Below are positions 1-12,996 of a stretch of 64,000 nucleotides of DNA, one piece after another. The first letter of the stretch is position 1; each line of letters begins with the position of its first letter. The position numbers and the translations under genes are program-made. Below the pieces are notes generated by a model. That model did no database searches. It was not told where the DNA came from and worked only from the letters and a program-made list of their open reading frames with translations. This stretch comes from Felis catus (lineage: Eukaryota), in assembly GCF_018350175.1 (NCBI RefSeq), contig NC_058381.1:868001-932000 (forward strand), written 5' to 3'.

Positions 1-1020
1 ACTGCTTCCTCAGGAAAATTACCGGGTCAGTTTTGTCCTGACGCTTTTCTGGTTTCAGTTTTGGCAGTTAGATCTCAATCCCCTGGGCAATGCCCAGGGT
101 TTCGTGTGCCTGGGGGACGGGGGGGCATGGGGAGGATGTGCTGGGCACCCGCTGGTCCACGGTGAGGACCCAGGTGCCTGTGGAGGTGGGGCGGGGGGTG
201 TTCCGGGTCCAGGTGCGCCCTTCCCCTGACCGTCCCCGGGGGCCCCTCGGCCCCCCTCCCCGCCCCTGGCTTCTGTGGACGTTAGTCATCATAATTACTG
301 GGCCTGAGATGCAGACTCTGACTGTACATCTCTTCTGATCCTTCGAGCTCCGGACTGATGGTGGTCGGTTCTTTAGAGGTGGGGAAACTGAGGCTGTGGT
401 GTGGAATGACGGCCATGGAGGTTGTAAGCGGCAGGGACGGCGCGGGGCTGGGGCTCAGGCCGTGCGTCTGCGATGGAGGCCGAGGTCCTGGCCGGGACAT
501 GCTGCCCGGGTATCGGCTGCCCCGCTCCTGCACCCTCCTGCCCTCCCCGGGCTGGGCCACCTGACCGGCCCCAGACAGAGACGCACGCGGGAGCACATCG
601 CCCTGCGCGAGGAAGTGCACGCGACCGGCGTGATTTTCTGGGCCCTTCTCCCCTGTTCTGCCGACCTTGACGTCCCGTTGGCTGAGGGTGGTGTTGTAAG
701 GCGGTGGTGCCTCTGAGCGGCCACCGTGACCAGGGCCCCTTCCCGCCGGTGTGTGAGCGCGAGGTCCAGCGCTCACCCTGCACGTTGCGCCGTGCGTTCT
801 GGCACACGTGGAGCACTGTCCAGACTGCTGCGGGGGGGGGGGGTGGAGTGCTGAGCCCCCGCAGGGGGTGGGGGAGGTGCTGAGCCCCCGCAGGGGTTGG
901 GTGGGGGGGTGGGGTGGGGTGCTGAGCACGGGGCAGTGGGGGGGGTGGCGTTTGTGCAGCTTTACCGCTCAGCTGGGACTGGGTCTCAGGACTGGCTAAC
1001 AGGTATGTTCTCTTCCACAG

Positions 1021-1116
1021 GTGGCCCTCCCCCGGGCGGCGGTGCCCCCTGGCACCTTCGAAACGTCCTCAGCGACTCAGTGGAGAGCTCGGACGATGAA
1101 TTCTTTGATGCCAGAG
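1021..1116 (+). CDS. PITPNM3: PITPNM3 coding exon 2 (GGPPPGGGAPWHLRNVLSDSVESSDDEFFDAR; FFAT motif)
   Basis: ttccacag acceptor and GTGAGT donor; 96 nt, phase 1/1. Acidic tract plus EFFDA(RE) FFAT motif matches the Nir1 N-terminus. Confidence 0.96.
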
Positions 1117-1729
1117 GTGAGTGAACTCCATCTTCCCGCCACTGGCTGGGTGAGCTTTCTAGAAGCCTCACGAAGGGGATCTTTGTGGGGGTTAGCATCT
1201 CTTCCTCTTGGACGCTGTGCCCTGCACTTCACGTGTGCCCGATTCTGACTCCCCGAGGCAGGGGCACTGGCTGTGTCCTTGGTCCACCTCAGGGGCTGTG
1301 ACAGGCGCTCGCTGAGCTGTAGAGGCCTCTGGGCGTGGGCGCTGCCCTCCTGATGCTGGTGGTTTAGCGGGAGAGGCAAAACCCAGCAGTGACACGGAGG
1401 AAGTCACCCTCCCAAGGGGGTGATGCCCCTGCGTAAGTCAGCAGGTGTTAGCAGGGAGTGGACGCGGGTCCCTAACTTAGTGGGGTTGGTAGCGCCCTCT
1501 CCGTAGTCACGAGGGGAAGGAGCCTTCTGACGGAGGAGGCGGCCGGTGTGATGGCACTGAAGCAGGACGGTGGCCCTTCCGGGGACCCAGGGGCCCGTGC
1601 ACCAGGGGTCAGGGGCCTGGCACGAGGGGCAGAGGAGAGGCTGGCTGCCTGCCTGAGACCCTGTGCCAGGCACATAGGATCAGTCGCAGAGGGGATGCGG
1701 GGCAGTGAGCAGGACTGTTGGAGACCTCC

Positions 1730-2465
1730 CGTGGGTACCAGGGGGGCACGTCCAGCAGGTGCGAGGGTGGCACATCCAGCGGGCGTGAGGAGGACACGTC
1801 CTGGGGGCACGAGGGGACTGTTGGGCGGCGTGTCGGAAGGCGGGATGGGGGCATGTCCAGCGGGCGCAAAGACGGCATGTCCAGCGGGCACGAGGGGGGG
1901 CACGTCCAGAGGGCACAAGGGGGTCAGCGGGCAGCATATCCAGAGGGTGCAAGGGGGGGCACCTCCAGCGTGCGCGAGGGGGGCACGTCCAGTGGGCACA
2001 AAGACGGCACGTCCAGGGGGTGTGAGGGGGGAATGTCCAGGCGCGAAGATGGCATGTCCAGCGGGCACGAGGGGGGCACGTCCAGGGGAGCGTGAGGGGG
2101 GCACGTCCAGCAGGTACAAAGGGACATGTCCAGCGGGCACGAGGGGGGCACATCCAGGGGAGCGTGAGGGGGGCACATCCAGAGGGCACGAGGGGGTCAG
2201 CGGGCAGCATATCCAGAGAGTGCAAGGGGGGCACCTCCAGCGTGCGCGAGGGGGGCACGTCCAGTGGGCATAAAGACCGCACGTCCAGGGGGCGCGAGGG
2301 GGGCACGTCCTGTGAGTAAGGGGGGGGGCGTGTCCAACAGGTATGAGGGAGGCCGGTGGGCAGCACATCCAGGGGGCGCGAGGGAGTCACGTCCCGCGGG
2401 CGTGAGGGGGGCACGTCCAGGGGGCATGGGGAGGTTGGTGGGCGGCCGGTCCAGTGGGTACAAGG
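1730..2465. repeat. G-rich minisatellite, ~23-24 bp unit (GAGGGGGGCACGTCCAGCGGGCAC) with a higher-order duplication
   Basis: Direct tandem copies; a ~120-bp block recurs at an offset of ~273 bp. Confidence 0.9.
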
Positions 2466-4077
2466 GGGCCGGCGGACAGCAGGGGCGTGGTCAAGGGGAC
2501 AAAGGACAGGAAGCAGGGAGTGGGGACGGGCGCGCCAAAGCGGGTGCGCGTTTCCGGCTCTGGGCGAGAGCGCGCACGCAGGGCAGGTGTGGGCGCCAGA
2601 GGGCAGCGGACAGAAGGTCCCCACGGTCACGCTCGCCTGGCTGCCTCTCCCACCCAGGGGCCCCGGTCCTCACCTGGCCGGCTTGGCCCCACTGGGGAAG
2701 TCACCGTATCTGGGGGGCTGACGCACTCCCGGGACAGCCAGCTGTAAAATGCCTAGCGAGATAGGGTCTCGAAGCAGAAACAGACCGTGTGCTGGGAAGA
2801 CATCTGGGCCTGCAGCAGGACACCGGGGACGTGGCCTCATGGTCTCAGCCACGCCATTGCCCTTCTCTGGGCCTTAGTATCCGGGTCAGCTGTGTGCCTC
2901 CGAAAGTGGGGAGTGCCCAGTTCAGGTGCCTTTCAGGGAGGCACAGGACACAGCTGGGCAGACCCCAAGCCAACCGACACCCGGCCCATGTGGGACCCGT
3001 TTGCTGTCTCCCAGGGGTGTCTGGCCAGAGCGCTGCTGGGACTGCTTCTCCATAGCAACTAGCGCACAATGTGACAGCAGTGACGTCAATATTTTGATGC
3101 TTAGAACGCTTTTATTTAAAATATTTTGCAGTTCCTCAGGGCCGGCTTCCCCGATGACGGGACAGCTGGTAGCAGGAGGCACTGGGGGCGGGCCTGCTCA
3201 CCGGCTTGCCCCCTGAGCAGCTGTGGGCCCGTCCTGCCCCCGCCCTGCACCCCACAGGCTGCGGAGGCCACCTTCCTCCCGGTTGCCCTCCCCACCCCCT
3301 GTGTGCTCTGTGCTGTCCCTGAGACAAGGCTGTTGGAGTCTCTGTGGCTCAGGCAGTCAGAGGTAAAGCTGTCCTTCTCTGTCCCCTGGGCTGGACGAGG
3401 CCCAACAGGCAGTCCGAAGCCCCCAGGTCCGGGCGGTGAGTGTCCCAGACTCGGGCAGGAGACCGTCTGGGTCCCTGACACCCTGGGCAGAATGCCGGCT
3501 CCATGGGCCACGGCGGCAGGCCCGGGGCCTCGCGTGGCTGGTGAGCGCCACGGGGTGGGTGTTGGGGTCCAGGTCCCCAGACCCAGGAGAGGTGCCTCCC
3601 TCCTGTCAGAGGATATCTGGGGGCCACGGCCCAGTCTGCCAGGGCTGGGGTGCAGAGCAAGGGAAGACTCAGGGGGGCCCAGAGGGGCCCGCAAGGTCTT
3701 GGAGTTCGGCACCACCACCACCGTCTCCGGGCTGGGAAACTGAGGCCAGAGTGTTGGGAGGCTTGCTCAGGGTCACCCAAGGTTACTCAAGGTCAGGCCA
3801 AGCAGGGGCCAGAATCTGCTCCTCGGGGACGCTGCCTCTCACAGCGGGGGTGTGGCAGATGGGCGCTGTCCCCGTGCTTCCGGAGCCACCGGTCAGCGGT
3901 GGGGGTGGGAGACAGGCGAGCTGTAAGTAAGGCAAAGGAGCAGACTCCGGCAGACAGCGAAAAGCAGAAACTGGAGGGGAGAAGGGGAGAGGGGGGGAGG
4001 GGGAGGGAGGGGGTGAAACTCGGGAGATGGTGTCAGGGGTGTGTCCGTTTGTCAGCACCTACCAAGTTGTATTTGCA

Positions 4078-4300
4078 TTTTTTTTATTATTAGTTTTGAT
4101 GTTTATTTGAGAAAGAGAGAGAGAGAGAGAGTGTGTGAGCTGGGGAGGAGCAGAGAGAGAGGGAGACACAGAATCCTTAGCAGGCTCCAGGCTCCGAGCT
4201 GTCAGCACAGAGCCCGACGTGGGGCCTGAACCCACAAACTGTGAGATCATGACCTGAGCTGAAGTCGGACGCTTAACCCACTAAACCACCCAGACGCCTG
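4078..4300 (-). mobile_element. Can-SINE (felid SINEC_Fc-type)
   Basis: tRNA-derived head, (CT)n tract, A-rich tail; approximate TSD CAAGTTGTA(T/C)TTG at 4063 and 4304. Confidence 0.93.
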
Positions 4301-6329
4301 CCTCAAGTTGTACTTGTGAATACGAGTGGTTTGTTGATCACCGTTCTGCTCAGCATCGCTGTTCAAAGTGAAGGATTTGCCCCCCTCTGACATAAGGGAA
4401 CACGGAGGGGTGAGTGAGTGAGCAGGAGGCGCCCCCCGCTGAGGCCCAGGCCCCTTCCCTCCGCTTGTTCTCTCGGTCCCCTCTCCCAGCATCTAGACAA
4501 GAGCCGGCTCATTGCTGTGGACCCGCACAAGCAGCCTGGTCCCCGAGGTCGCAGCCGAGCCCAACCAGGGGCCCAGCGGAGCCCTCCCCGGGCGGGACGT
4601 TGGAGGTTTCCGCCTGCCGCCTCATCTCCCGTGTCCCCTGCTCTGCTGTCCCCATGCCCGGTGGACACCCTGCTCCCCTCCTGGTGCGAGGCCGGGCGAG
4701 AGCTGCCCTCGGTCTTGCGGAGACCCGGCTGCGTGCTCCAATCCCCGGTTCCTCCCAGCGAAGGGAACAGGATAAAGCACTGAATTTACAGACCGCGGCC
4801 GGTCTCCTGGAGAACAGGGGGCACATCTCTGGGCTTTTCTGGTGGGCACACAGCCTCCGCCTCGAAGGGAGGTAGCAGACACAGGTGCAGGCCGCCAGGG
4901 GCAGAGGTTGGGCCAGTGACTGGCCAACGTGTGGCCCCAGGTGAGTCTCTGGGGCCCGGGCCCCTGGTGTTGCACACAGCCGGGGTGGGGCTGGTTGTCC
5001 CCGGGACGAGTGGGCTGTTGATGCTGTGGGCACTGGGAGATGGAGCCATCCCGGGAGCAGAGCACAGGCGTGTTCCTGAGCCTGGCCCTGTCTCTCCGTT
5101 AGGGGTGGGAGCAGAGAAGCCGGTGTCTGGGGGTGGGCACCTTGGCCCCCGTAGATTTTACAGATTCACAGTGTTCTCCTTCACCCTCATGATGGCCTGC
5201 TGGAAAGGGCTCCAGAACCAGAGCTGTTACTCCCAAGGAAGAGTTGAGGGCACGTGCAAAGGCCCAGGCTCACGTGGGGCAGAGTTTAGACTGGAATCCA
5301 GCCAGGAGCCTGCCCGGAACACAGCGCTGCCTAGAGGTGTAGAATGGAGCACATGGGGCTCGGGAAGTCATCTGGGCAGGTGTGGATCCTGGGCGGGGGG
5401 CTCGGGGGCCGATCCAGGACATCCAGGGCAGGCCACCAGGATTGCAGGACTCTTGAAATAGTGTACCTGGGCTTCAGTCCTGGCTCTCGCCGGTGACCTC
5501 GGGCAAGGTACTGAGGTACTCCGTGTTTCAGATCTCTCGTCTATAAAATGCCGATGATAAGGGTTGTACCTTTTCAGTATCATGATGAGAGTGGGGTGAG
5601 TTGGTATTTGTAAGGCATTATGACCATCTCAGTGCAGAGGAAACATTTCATCAGCGTTGTTAAATAAATCAAATAGGCGAGTCCATGAGGCTGGCCGAGG
5701 TGTCCCAGCCAGAAGTGGGGGAGAAAAGTGCTGAGCTCCAGAGCGGTCAGAACTCTGGACAGCTCCCCGTGCTCTGCCATGTTGGTTCCATCTTTGGCAG
5801 TGAAATGGGTCCTGTCCCTTTATTCTCAGTTGTCACGAGCTTGAGGATTTTCGCCACCACCCTTCAGTACCTGCCCCATGAGAGAGGGCACAGCATCCTT
5901 TGCCAGGAAGGCCCGTCACTTTGCAAGCGGGGGCAGGGCACACCTGTGGGTTTGTTCTTGAGGGAACGCCCCGCCTTGGGACGAGGGACCGCATCAGGTG
6001 TGTGCAGCTGTCGTGTGGGACCCAGGGGCTTGTGTTCGGTGTGGTTGGGGAATATGGCCCCACTGACTTCTTCAGAGTAATCGCTGAGCTCAGGTTGGGT
6101 AAGGGCACGGATAGAGACAGGGTTGGTGGGGGGGGGGCGTGAGGAGGATGGGGGTATCACTAGGTTCACAAGGTTGGGATGAGAGTCAGTGGTTCTGTAC
6201 AGCTCAAGGCTTGCTTGGAGCCAGAATTCCGTGCCCCGGTTACTGCAGACCTGCTTCTGCCCCATTCAAACCCCAGATACCTGTGGCAACCCATTCTCAT
6301 GCAGAGGAGTAACCATAATGTCTATCTGT

Positions 6330-6490
6330 GGGCACCTCGTGTGCTCCGAGACCTTTATCCCCCTTAGCTCACTTAATTCTCATGGCAGCTCTTCGAGGTG
6401 GACCTTGCCAGTCCCGTTTTTCTGATGGGAAAACTGAGGCTCAGAGAAGTCAAGTCACTTACCCAACGAAAAACTCCTGGCAAGTGGCAA
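6330..6490. mobile_element. MIR SINE fragment (similar remnants near 370-420, 5480-5670, 8020-8120, 18440-18600, 22640-22740, 28700-28850, 57410-57550)
   Basis: MIR core GATGGGAAAACTGAGGCTCAGAGAAGTCAAGTCACTT. Confidence 0.7.
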
Positions 6491-6773
6491 GGTTTTTCTT
6501 TTCCTTCTTTTCAGGAAACACCACCCTTGCTGCCAGGAACAGAAACTTGTGTGGGTTTGTACCCTTTCCCAGGACTGTCCCCTGGTTACTTTCTTCAGCC
6601 GCAGCTGGGGGGCCCCGTGGGGCACAGCAGCGATGCCTGCTTGCAGCGGAAGCTTCCTGAATGTGTTGTACTGTCCAGAGGACAGACACGTCCAGCAGTC
6701 GAGGTCTGCGTCGACGGCTAGGGTCACCTGAACACAGCCTGTCCGCTCACGCCCATCTCTGCTTCCCCCACAG

Positions 6774-6881
6774 AGGACATGGCCGAAGGGAAGAATTCCA
6801 TCCTCATCGGGATGAGCCAGTGGAGTTCTAACGACCTGGCGGAGCAGATGGGGACCTTGGGGAGACTGGAGGGGCACCAGG
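6774..6881 (+). CDS. PITPNM3: PITPNM3 exon 3 (EDMAEGKNSILIGMSQWSSNDLAEQMGTLGRLEGHQ)
   Basis: ccccacag acceptor and GTGAGC donor; 108 nt, in phase with exon 2; family W(N/S)SNDL motif. Confidence 0.94.
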
Positions 6882-9389
6882 GTGAGCCCCCGGGGTGTGT
6901 GTGAGCGGATGGGGTCCTTGGGGAGACCGGAGGGGCCCCAGGGTGAGGCCCCGGGGGTGTGTGCACGCGTGTGCTGTGGGAGTGCTGGTGCGGACAGCTC
7001 GGGGCCAGAAGTCGGGTCTTCTGTAAAAAGTCTTCTGTCTCTCCAGACGCCTCCCCTCCCCCTACCTGTGCCCCCTGAGCTCTGTGACCTGCAGGGACCC
7101 TTGTGGGTGCTTGCACATGGCTGTCTGTGCAGAGCAGCTCCAAGATGCTCGGGCAGAACTTCCTGTGTCCCTAGGATGACCACGGGGGGCATGGGTTATG
7201 AGGGGCAGGTGGCGGGGGCCAGGCTCCTTGGAGTGGGCTGGGGGTCCGCTGGTTAGTCTGGGAGCCTTTGAGAAGGCACCGGGCAGGGCGGTCGTGGGGA
7301 TCGTAACTTCCTTGGGCTGAGTGCCTGGGGATGGGGATTCATCCAGGAGACTTTTCGTGGAGGGGGGCTTGACCAGGAGCTTAATCAACAGAGCAGGCCT
7401 GGCCCTTCAGGCATCCTGCCCGTTTGGCCATTTTGCATCAGTAACAGATTTTTTGTTGAGCACCTACTGTGTATGCGTGTTTGGTAGGAGGAGTGAAGGT
7501 GACGTGGCTGAGATCTCCGACCGTGACACGGTGACAGGGTACAATCAGGACGTAAGGGGGTGAGGTTTGGGCTGAGGGTTGCTGGGCCTGGGGTGGGAGG
7601 GAGGCGGGAGAGGGGAGCAGGGAAGGGCTGCTGGCAGTGAAGCTACGGGGCCAAGCTAGGAGACACAAGTGGAGGACGCAGCTTAGCTGAAGGTCAAAAC
7701 GGTAGAGGGGCTGCATTTGAGTGAGGTCACTCAGGAACGAGGCAGATCGAGAACCCACCTGGGTCCACAGTGCTCACGTCTGCACCTGTTATCCTGGGGC
7801 TGCTGTTTTCTGTCCCTCGTCCCACACAGCCCTCCACCCACCTCCCCTCCTCCTGGTGGCCTGGCCCTGTCATTCCTCAGTCATGGTCTGGGCCAGGCCG
7901 CCCTCTCCGGACGTGTGCTGCTCCAGTGGCGGTGTTGGTGCCGGTGCTTTGTCTGTAGCCACTTTCCTTGAGCCCCTTCCCCGCCCCCTTGGCTCGGTGC
8001 TGTCCCCGTGCCACAGTGCTGGACACGCCAGGGGTGGCTGTTCATTTCACAGATGCAGAACCCAAGGCCTGGGGAAGCGGTGTCTTGCCCAGGGCCCTCC
8101 AAGTTGGTGGCAGCATCGCGCTCACATCCCTCGTGTCCTGGTTCCCAGCTGGGCGGTGTCCGGGGCCTCTGCAAGGTGGTCAGGTTCAGGAAACCCAGAG
8201 GCTTCAAGGAAAGGCCCTCAGGCCACTGCTCGAGTCTGGTCCCCCGGGCCAGTTCAGAAACGACTTCCCCATTGACACAGCCGTGCATTTGTCTGCTCTT
8301 TCCTTCGCCCCAAGCCCTGGAGGGGCCCAGAAGGGGTCACGGGTTCTCTGTAGCCGTGAAGACAAACCCAGATCTTAGTCATGACCCATCTGGCCATCCT
8401 CTCCCAGGCCGGCCCGCTGGCAGTCAGAGAGCGTGACTCAGCCCAGTGTGAGCCGGGGAGGGGTGAGGAAAGGCAGGGAGAGGGGCAGGCACAGGGAGGC
8501 AAGCGGAGAGAGAGGGACACAGGGGCCGAAGCTACACTCTGCGCGGTCTGGGCTTGAACGTGGCTTCACGGCCGGGCAGGTTCACGGTGGGCAGAGTGAG
8601 GCTTCTACACAAGTCGGGAGGACCGAGTGAGCCGGTGGTTGGCTAAGCGCTCTCAGCGACAGGTGGTTGTGGTGCGGGGACAGGTCCCATTCTGGCAAAC
8701 AGCCGTAGGCGCTCACCTGCTCACCAGGGAGAGGTGCATTAAGGCAGTGCCTGCCCCCCCACCCCCCGGGGCGAGCAGGAGGGGGCAGGGCAGGCGAGGA
8801 AGAGGAAACCAGCCATGACCCCATTCATGGTGTGATTCCTCCGCAGGACAGAGGAATCCTTCCACTCATCGACCGTTATCAGCCACGACAGGGGCTTCCC
8901 CGGGGCGGGGTGTGGGCACAGTGCTTGGAGGGGCTCACGGCCAAGGAAGAGCGGGGTCCCGGCCTCCGTGACTGTGACTGTGCAGGAGGAGGCTGAGCTC
9001 AGGGCCTCAGGAGGGAGGCTCCGGGGCACTTCAGGAGAAGGCTGCCTCCCACCGTCCGGGGGCGGTGCCTTTGTTGTTCCTCCAAAGGAGTGGGTTTGCT
9101 TTGAAGTCCCATCATGGACGGAGCAGACCTCAGGGACCCCTGCCCTACGGGGACTTCACTTTAGCGCCTCGCCTTCCACGGGCTGGGGCCACGCTGTCGG
9201 GGTGACAGTGTGGCTTCCAGCCACTGGTCCTGCAGCCTCCATCCGCCACGGAATCTTCCACGTTCCGTGGGCCCCTCTGCTTTCTCCCCTGGGTTGTATT
9301 CCCCTTGTTGGTTCTGCTACTTGTGTATTAACCCTTCTTCACCTTGAGCTCGGTTACAGGTTTGCATTTTGTTGGTGAATTTGGCCCAG

Positions 9390-9622
9390 CATATACACGT
9401 GTATAGAGTTACGTTTTGTGTAATTGTGTAAGTATCTGTTGTACATGTGTGTGAATATATGGTGTATGTGCATGCGTGTGCATATAATATAAAACGTTTA
9501 GCGTGTGTACGTGTGATACATAATATGATGTATGAATGTCTGTATATGATATATAAAATATTCATGTAAACATATTCAAACATATACATATTTATGTGTA
9601 TATATACACATATGTACACACA
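9390..9622. repeat. Degenerate (TA/TG)n low-complexity tract
   Basis: Alternating TATA/TGTG/CATA runs. Confidence 0.85.
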
Positions 9623-9624
9623 AC

Positions 9625-9840
9625 TTATTTTTTCAAATTTTTTTTCAATGTTTGTTTATTTTGAGAGAAACAGAGCATGAACAGGGGAAGGGCAGAGAGA
9701 GAGAGAGAGAGAATCTCAAGCAGGCCCTGTGTTGTCAGCGCAGAGCCCAGCGTGGGGCTCGGTCCCACGAACCCTGAGATCATGACTGGAGCCAGAATCA
9801 AGAGTCAGATGCTCAACCGACTGAGCCACCCAGGTGCCCC
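9625..9840 (-). mobile_element. Can-SINE
   Basis: GGGGCACCTGGGTGGCTCAGTCGGTTGAGCATCTGACTCTTGATT head on -, (CT)n, A tail. Confidence 0.92.
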
Positions 9841-10865
9841 TCAAGTGTTTCTCTCTCTCTCTGATTCCCCTTCTAAAGCTTGCATTAGACGGATGCTGGA
9901 CCCGTGTCTCACCTTGTCTGGCCCCGTTCTTATTTCTTGGTCCCTGCTGGGCTCTAGAAACTTTCCTTGGCTCTAACATGATCGATAGCTCCCCAGACCA
10001 GTTTCTCTTCTTCTGCTGTTGCCATCCCTCTGGTCAGCTCTTCTGTGGAGTTTGTTTGGGTTTTTTTTTGTTAAAGCAATCCTGTCTTCGTTTTCACGTG
10101 CTCTGTTGGTTTTTTTTTTTGTTGTTGTTGTTGTTTTTCCAGATACTGATACAACCTGTACTGTCCATGGGTGCCGTGGACTCATTCTCTGCTTTTCACA
10201 GCCTCCCTCCTCCCTGTGCTTTTTAAGTTCGGAGTCTCCTGGTGGGTTAGAAGTGGATGCAAACGGCCCCCACACACTTGAGTTTGGGCTAATTAGCCAA
10301 AGATCCCTAAGTGAGGTTATGGCACAGAACAGGAACTGGTGTGTTTCCAGTGATCTCAGGAAGCACAGAGCTGCCGTTGACGTTGTCCAAGTAAAGCGGG
10401 TCTTGCCAAGTTTTGTTTTGTTTTTTTTTTTTTTAATCGGGACATAATTCACATACCAGACAATCCACCCTCTTCAAGTGTATACTTCAGCAGTCTCTGT
10501 ATATCTTGTAGATGCACAAAGTTGAGCAGCTACCTGGTTCCAGAACATTTTCTTCTCCCCGGAAAGACACCTCCTAACCTGTCAGCAGTCACCCACCATT
10601 TTCCTCTCCTCAAATACGGAATTGCGTAGAAATGGAACCCGACAGTATGTGGCCGTTGGTATTGAGGTCTGCCTTGGCATCACGTTTTTGAGGCTCAGAC
10701 GTGCCGTGGCATGAACCAGAATTTCATTGCATTCCACGCTTGAGTAATAGGCCCCCGTATGGCTGTTGCACATACTGTCCATCTACCCGTCAGCTGGACC
10801 TTTGGGTTGTTTCCACTTTCTTGCTGTTATGAGTCACGGTGCTCTAAGTGTTTACGTACAGGTTT

Positions 10866-11875
10866 GGTTTTTTTTAATGTAATTTATTGTCAAACGAGCT
10901 AACATACAGTGTGCACAGGGTAGTCTTGGCTTCAGGAGCAGATTCCTGTGATTCATCGCTTACGGACAACACCCAGCGCTCGTCCCAACAAGTGCCCTCC
11001 TCGGTGCCCATCCCCCACTTCCCCTCCCCCCATCAACCCTCAGTTTGTTCTCTGTATTTAAGAGTCTCTTAGGGTTTGCCTCCCTCCCTGTCTGTCTGAA
11101 ACTATTTTTCCCCCTCCCCTTCCCCCATGGTCTTCTGTTCAGTTTCTCAAGTTCCACATATGAGTGAAAACATTCGGTACCTTTCTCTGCCTGACTTATT
11201 TCACTTAGCATAATGCCCTCCAGTTCCATCCACGTTGCTGCAAATGGCATGATTTCCTTCTTTCTTATTGCCAAGTAGTATTCTATTGTGTATATAAACC
11301 ACATCTTCTTTATCCATTCATCAGTTGATGGACATTTAGGCTCTTTCCATAATTTGGCTATTGTTGAGAGTGCTGCTATAAATATTGGGGTACAAGTGCC
11401 CCTATGCATCAGTTCTCCTGTATCCTTTGGGTAAATTCCTAGCAGTGCTGTTGCTGGGTCTTAGGGTAGATCTATTTTTAATTTGTTGAGGAACCTCCAC
11501 ACTGTTTTCCAGAGCGGCTGCACCAGTTTGCATTCCCACCAACAGTGCAAGAGGGTTCCCGTTTCTCCACATCCTCTCCAGCATCTATAGTCTCCTGATT
11601 TGTTCATTTTGGCCACTCTGACTGGCGTGAGGTGATATCTGAGTGTGGTTTTGATTTGTATTTCCCTGATGAGGAGCGACGTTGAGCATCCTTTCATGTG
11701 CCTGTTGGCCATCCGGATGTCTTCTTTGGAGAAGTGTCTATTCATGTCTTCTGCCCATTTCTTCACCCGAAGAAGTATGTTTTGGGGGTATTGAGTTTGA
11801 TAAGTTCCTTATAGATTTTGGATGCTAACCCTTAACCTCTATGTCATTTGCAAATATCTTTCCCATTCTGTCAGC
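10866..11875 (-). mobile_element. 5'-truncated carnivore L1 (ORF2 C-terminus and 3' UTR), disabled
   Basis: Translates to [14 protein letters not shown]...[29 protein letters not shown] and CTPIFIAALSTIAKLWKEPKCPSTDEWIKKMW; premature stop at LP*; approximate TSD GTACAGG(G)TTT. Confidence 0.93.
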
Positions 11876-12160
11876 ATGTACAGGGTTTTGAGGACATACT
11901 TTCTGTTCTCTTGGGCACAACCCAGGAGTGGGATTGCTGGGGACTCACCACATCACCTTCCCAGAGTTCAGACTTCCCCACGCTCTTGCCAGCATTTGTT
12001 GTTGTCTGTTGTTTGAGAATAGCCTTGCGAGCGGGTGTATGACTATGGTTTGGGTTTGCATTTCCCTAATGACCGATGATGGTGAGCATGTGTTCGTGTG
12101 CTTGGTGGTCATTGTTCATCATCATTCGGAGAAATGTCTATTCAGATACTTTGCCCATTT

Positions 12161-12407
12161 TATTTTTATTTATTTATTTATTTTTATTTTTTATTTTTTT
12201 TTCAGCGTTTTTATTTATTTTTGGGACAGAGAGAGACAGAGCATGAACGGGGGAGGGGCAGAGAGAGAGGGAGACACAGAATTGGAAACAGGCTCCAGGT
12301 TCTGAGCCATCAGCCCAGAGCCTGATGTGGGGCTCGAACTCACGGACCGCGAGATCGTGACCTGGCTGAAGTCGGACACTTAACCGACTGCGCCACCCAG
12401 GCGCCCC
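12161..12407 (-). mobile_element. Young Can-SINE (SINEC_Fc)
   Basis: Near-consensus sequence with a long A-rich tail; TSD ACTTTGCCCATTTT on both sides. Confidence 0.95.
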
Positions 12408-12776
12408 AACTTTGCCCATTTTAAAATCAGGTTGTTTGTCTCTTGTTGAGTTGTGAGTGTTCTTTACATATTGTGGACGCTAGGCTCTTGTCAGTTACAT
12501 GATTTTCCATTACTTTCTCCCATTCTTTGGGGCGTCTTTTCACTTTTTTTGATAATACCCTTTGGAGTGCCAAGTTCTGAAATTCTGATGAAGCCCGATT
12601 TGTCTATTTTTGCTTTTATTGTTTCTGCATTTGAGGCCATATGTAAGAAACCACCTTAATGTGAAGTCATGAAGGTTTACCCTTTGTTTTCCCTGAAGAG
12701 TTTTATAATTTTAGCTCTACATTTAGGTCTTTGATCCACTTTGAATTCATTTTCATTTTATCTATTTGAAAAAAAA

Positions 12777-12996
12777 TTTTAATGTCTTATTTATTTTTGA
12801 GAGAGAGAGAGGGAGAGAGAGGGAGACAGAGTGTGAGCAGGGGAGGGGCAGAGAGAGAGGGAGACCCACAATCCAAAGCAGGCTCCAGGCTCCGAGCCAT
12901 CAGCACAGAGCCCGACACGGGGCTTGAACTCACATTGTGAGATCATGACCTGAGCTGAAGTCGGACGCTTAACCGACTGCGCCACCCAGGCGCCCC
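12777..12996 (-). mobile_element. Can-SINE (SINEC_Fc)
   Basis: GGGGCGCCTGGGTGGCGCAGTCGGTTAAGCGTCCGACTTCAGCTCAGG head on -. Confidence 0.93.

Noticed and set aside
995-1020. AACAG|GTATGT 18 nt upstream of the exon 2 acceptor as an alternative acceptor or recursive splice site
   Set aside because: That AG directly follows the likely branch point (CTAAC) and has no pyrimidine tract of its own; the canonical acceptor at 1020 explains the sequence.
1472-2630. Repetitive 240-316 aa ORFs (also 15708-16695 and the 415-aa Pro-rich ORF at 45347-46594)
   Set aside because: They are translations of minisatellite or low-complexity DNA that lacks stop codons.
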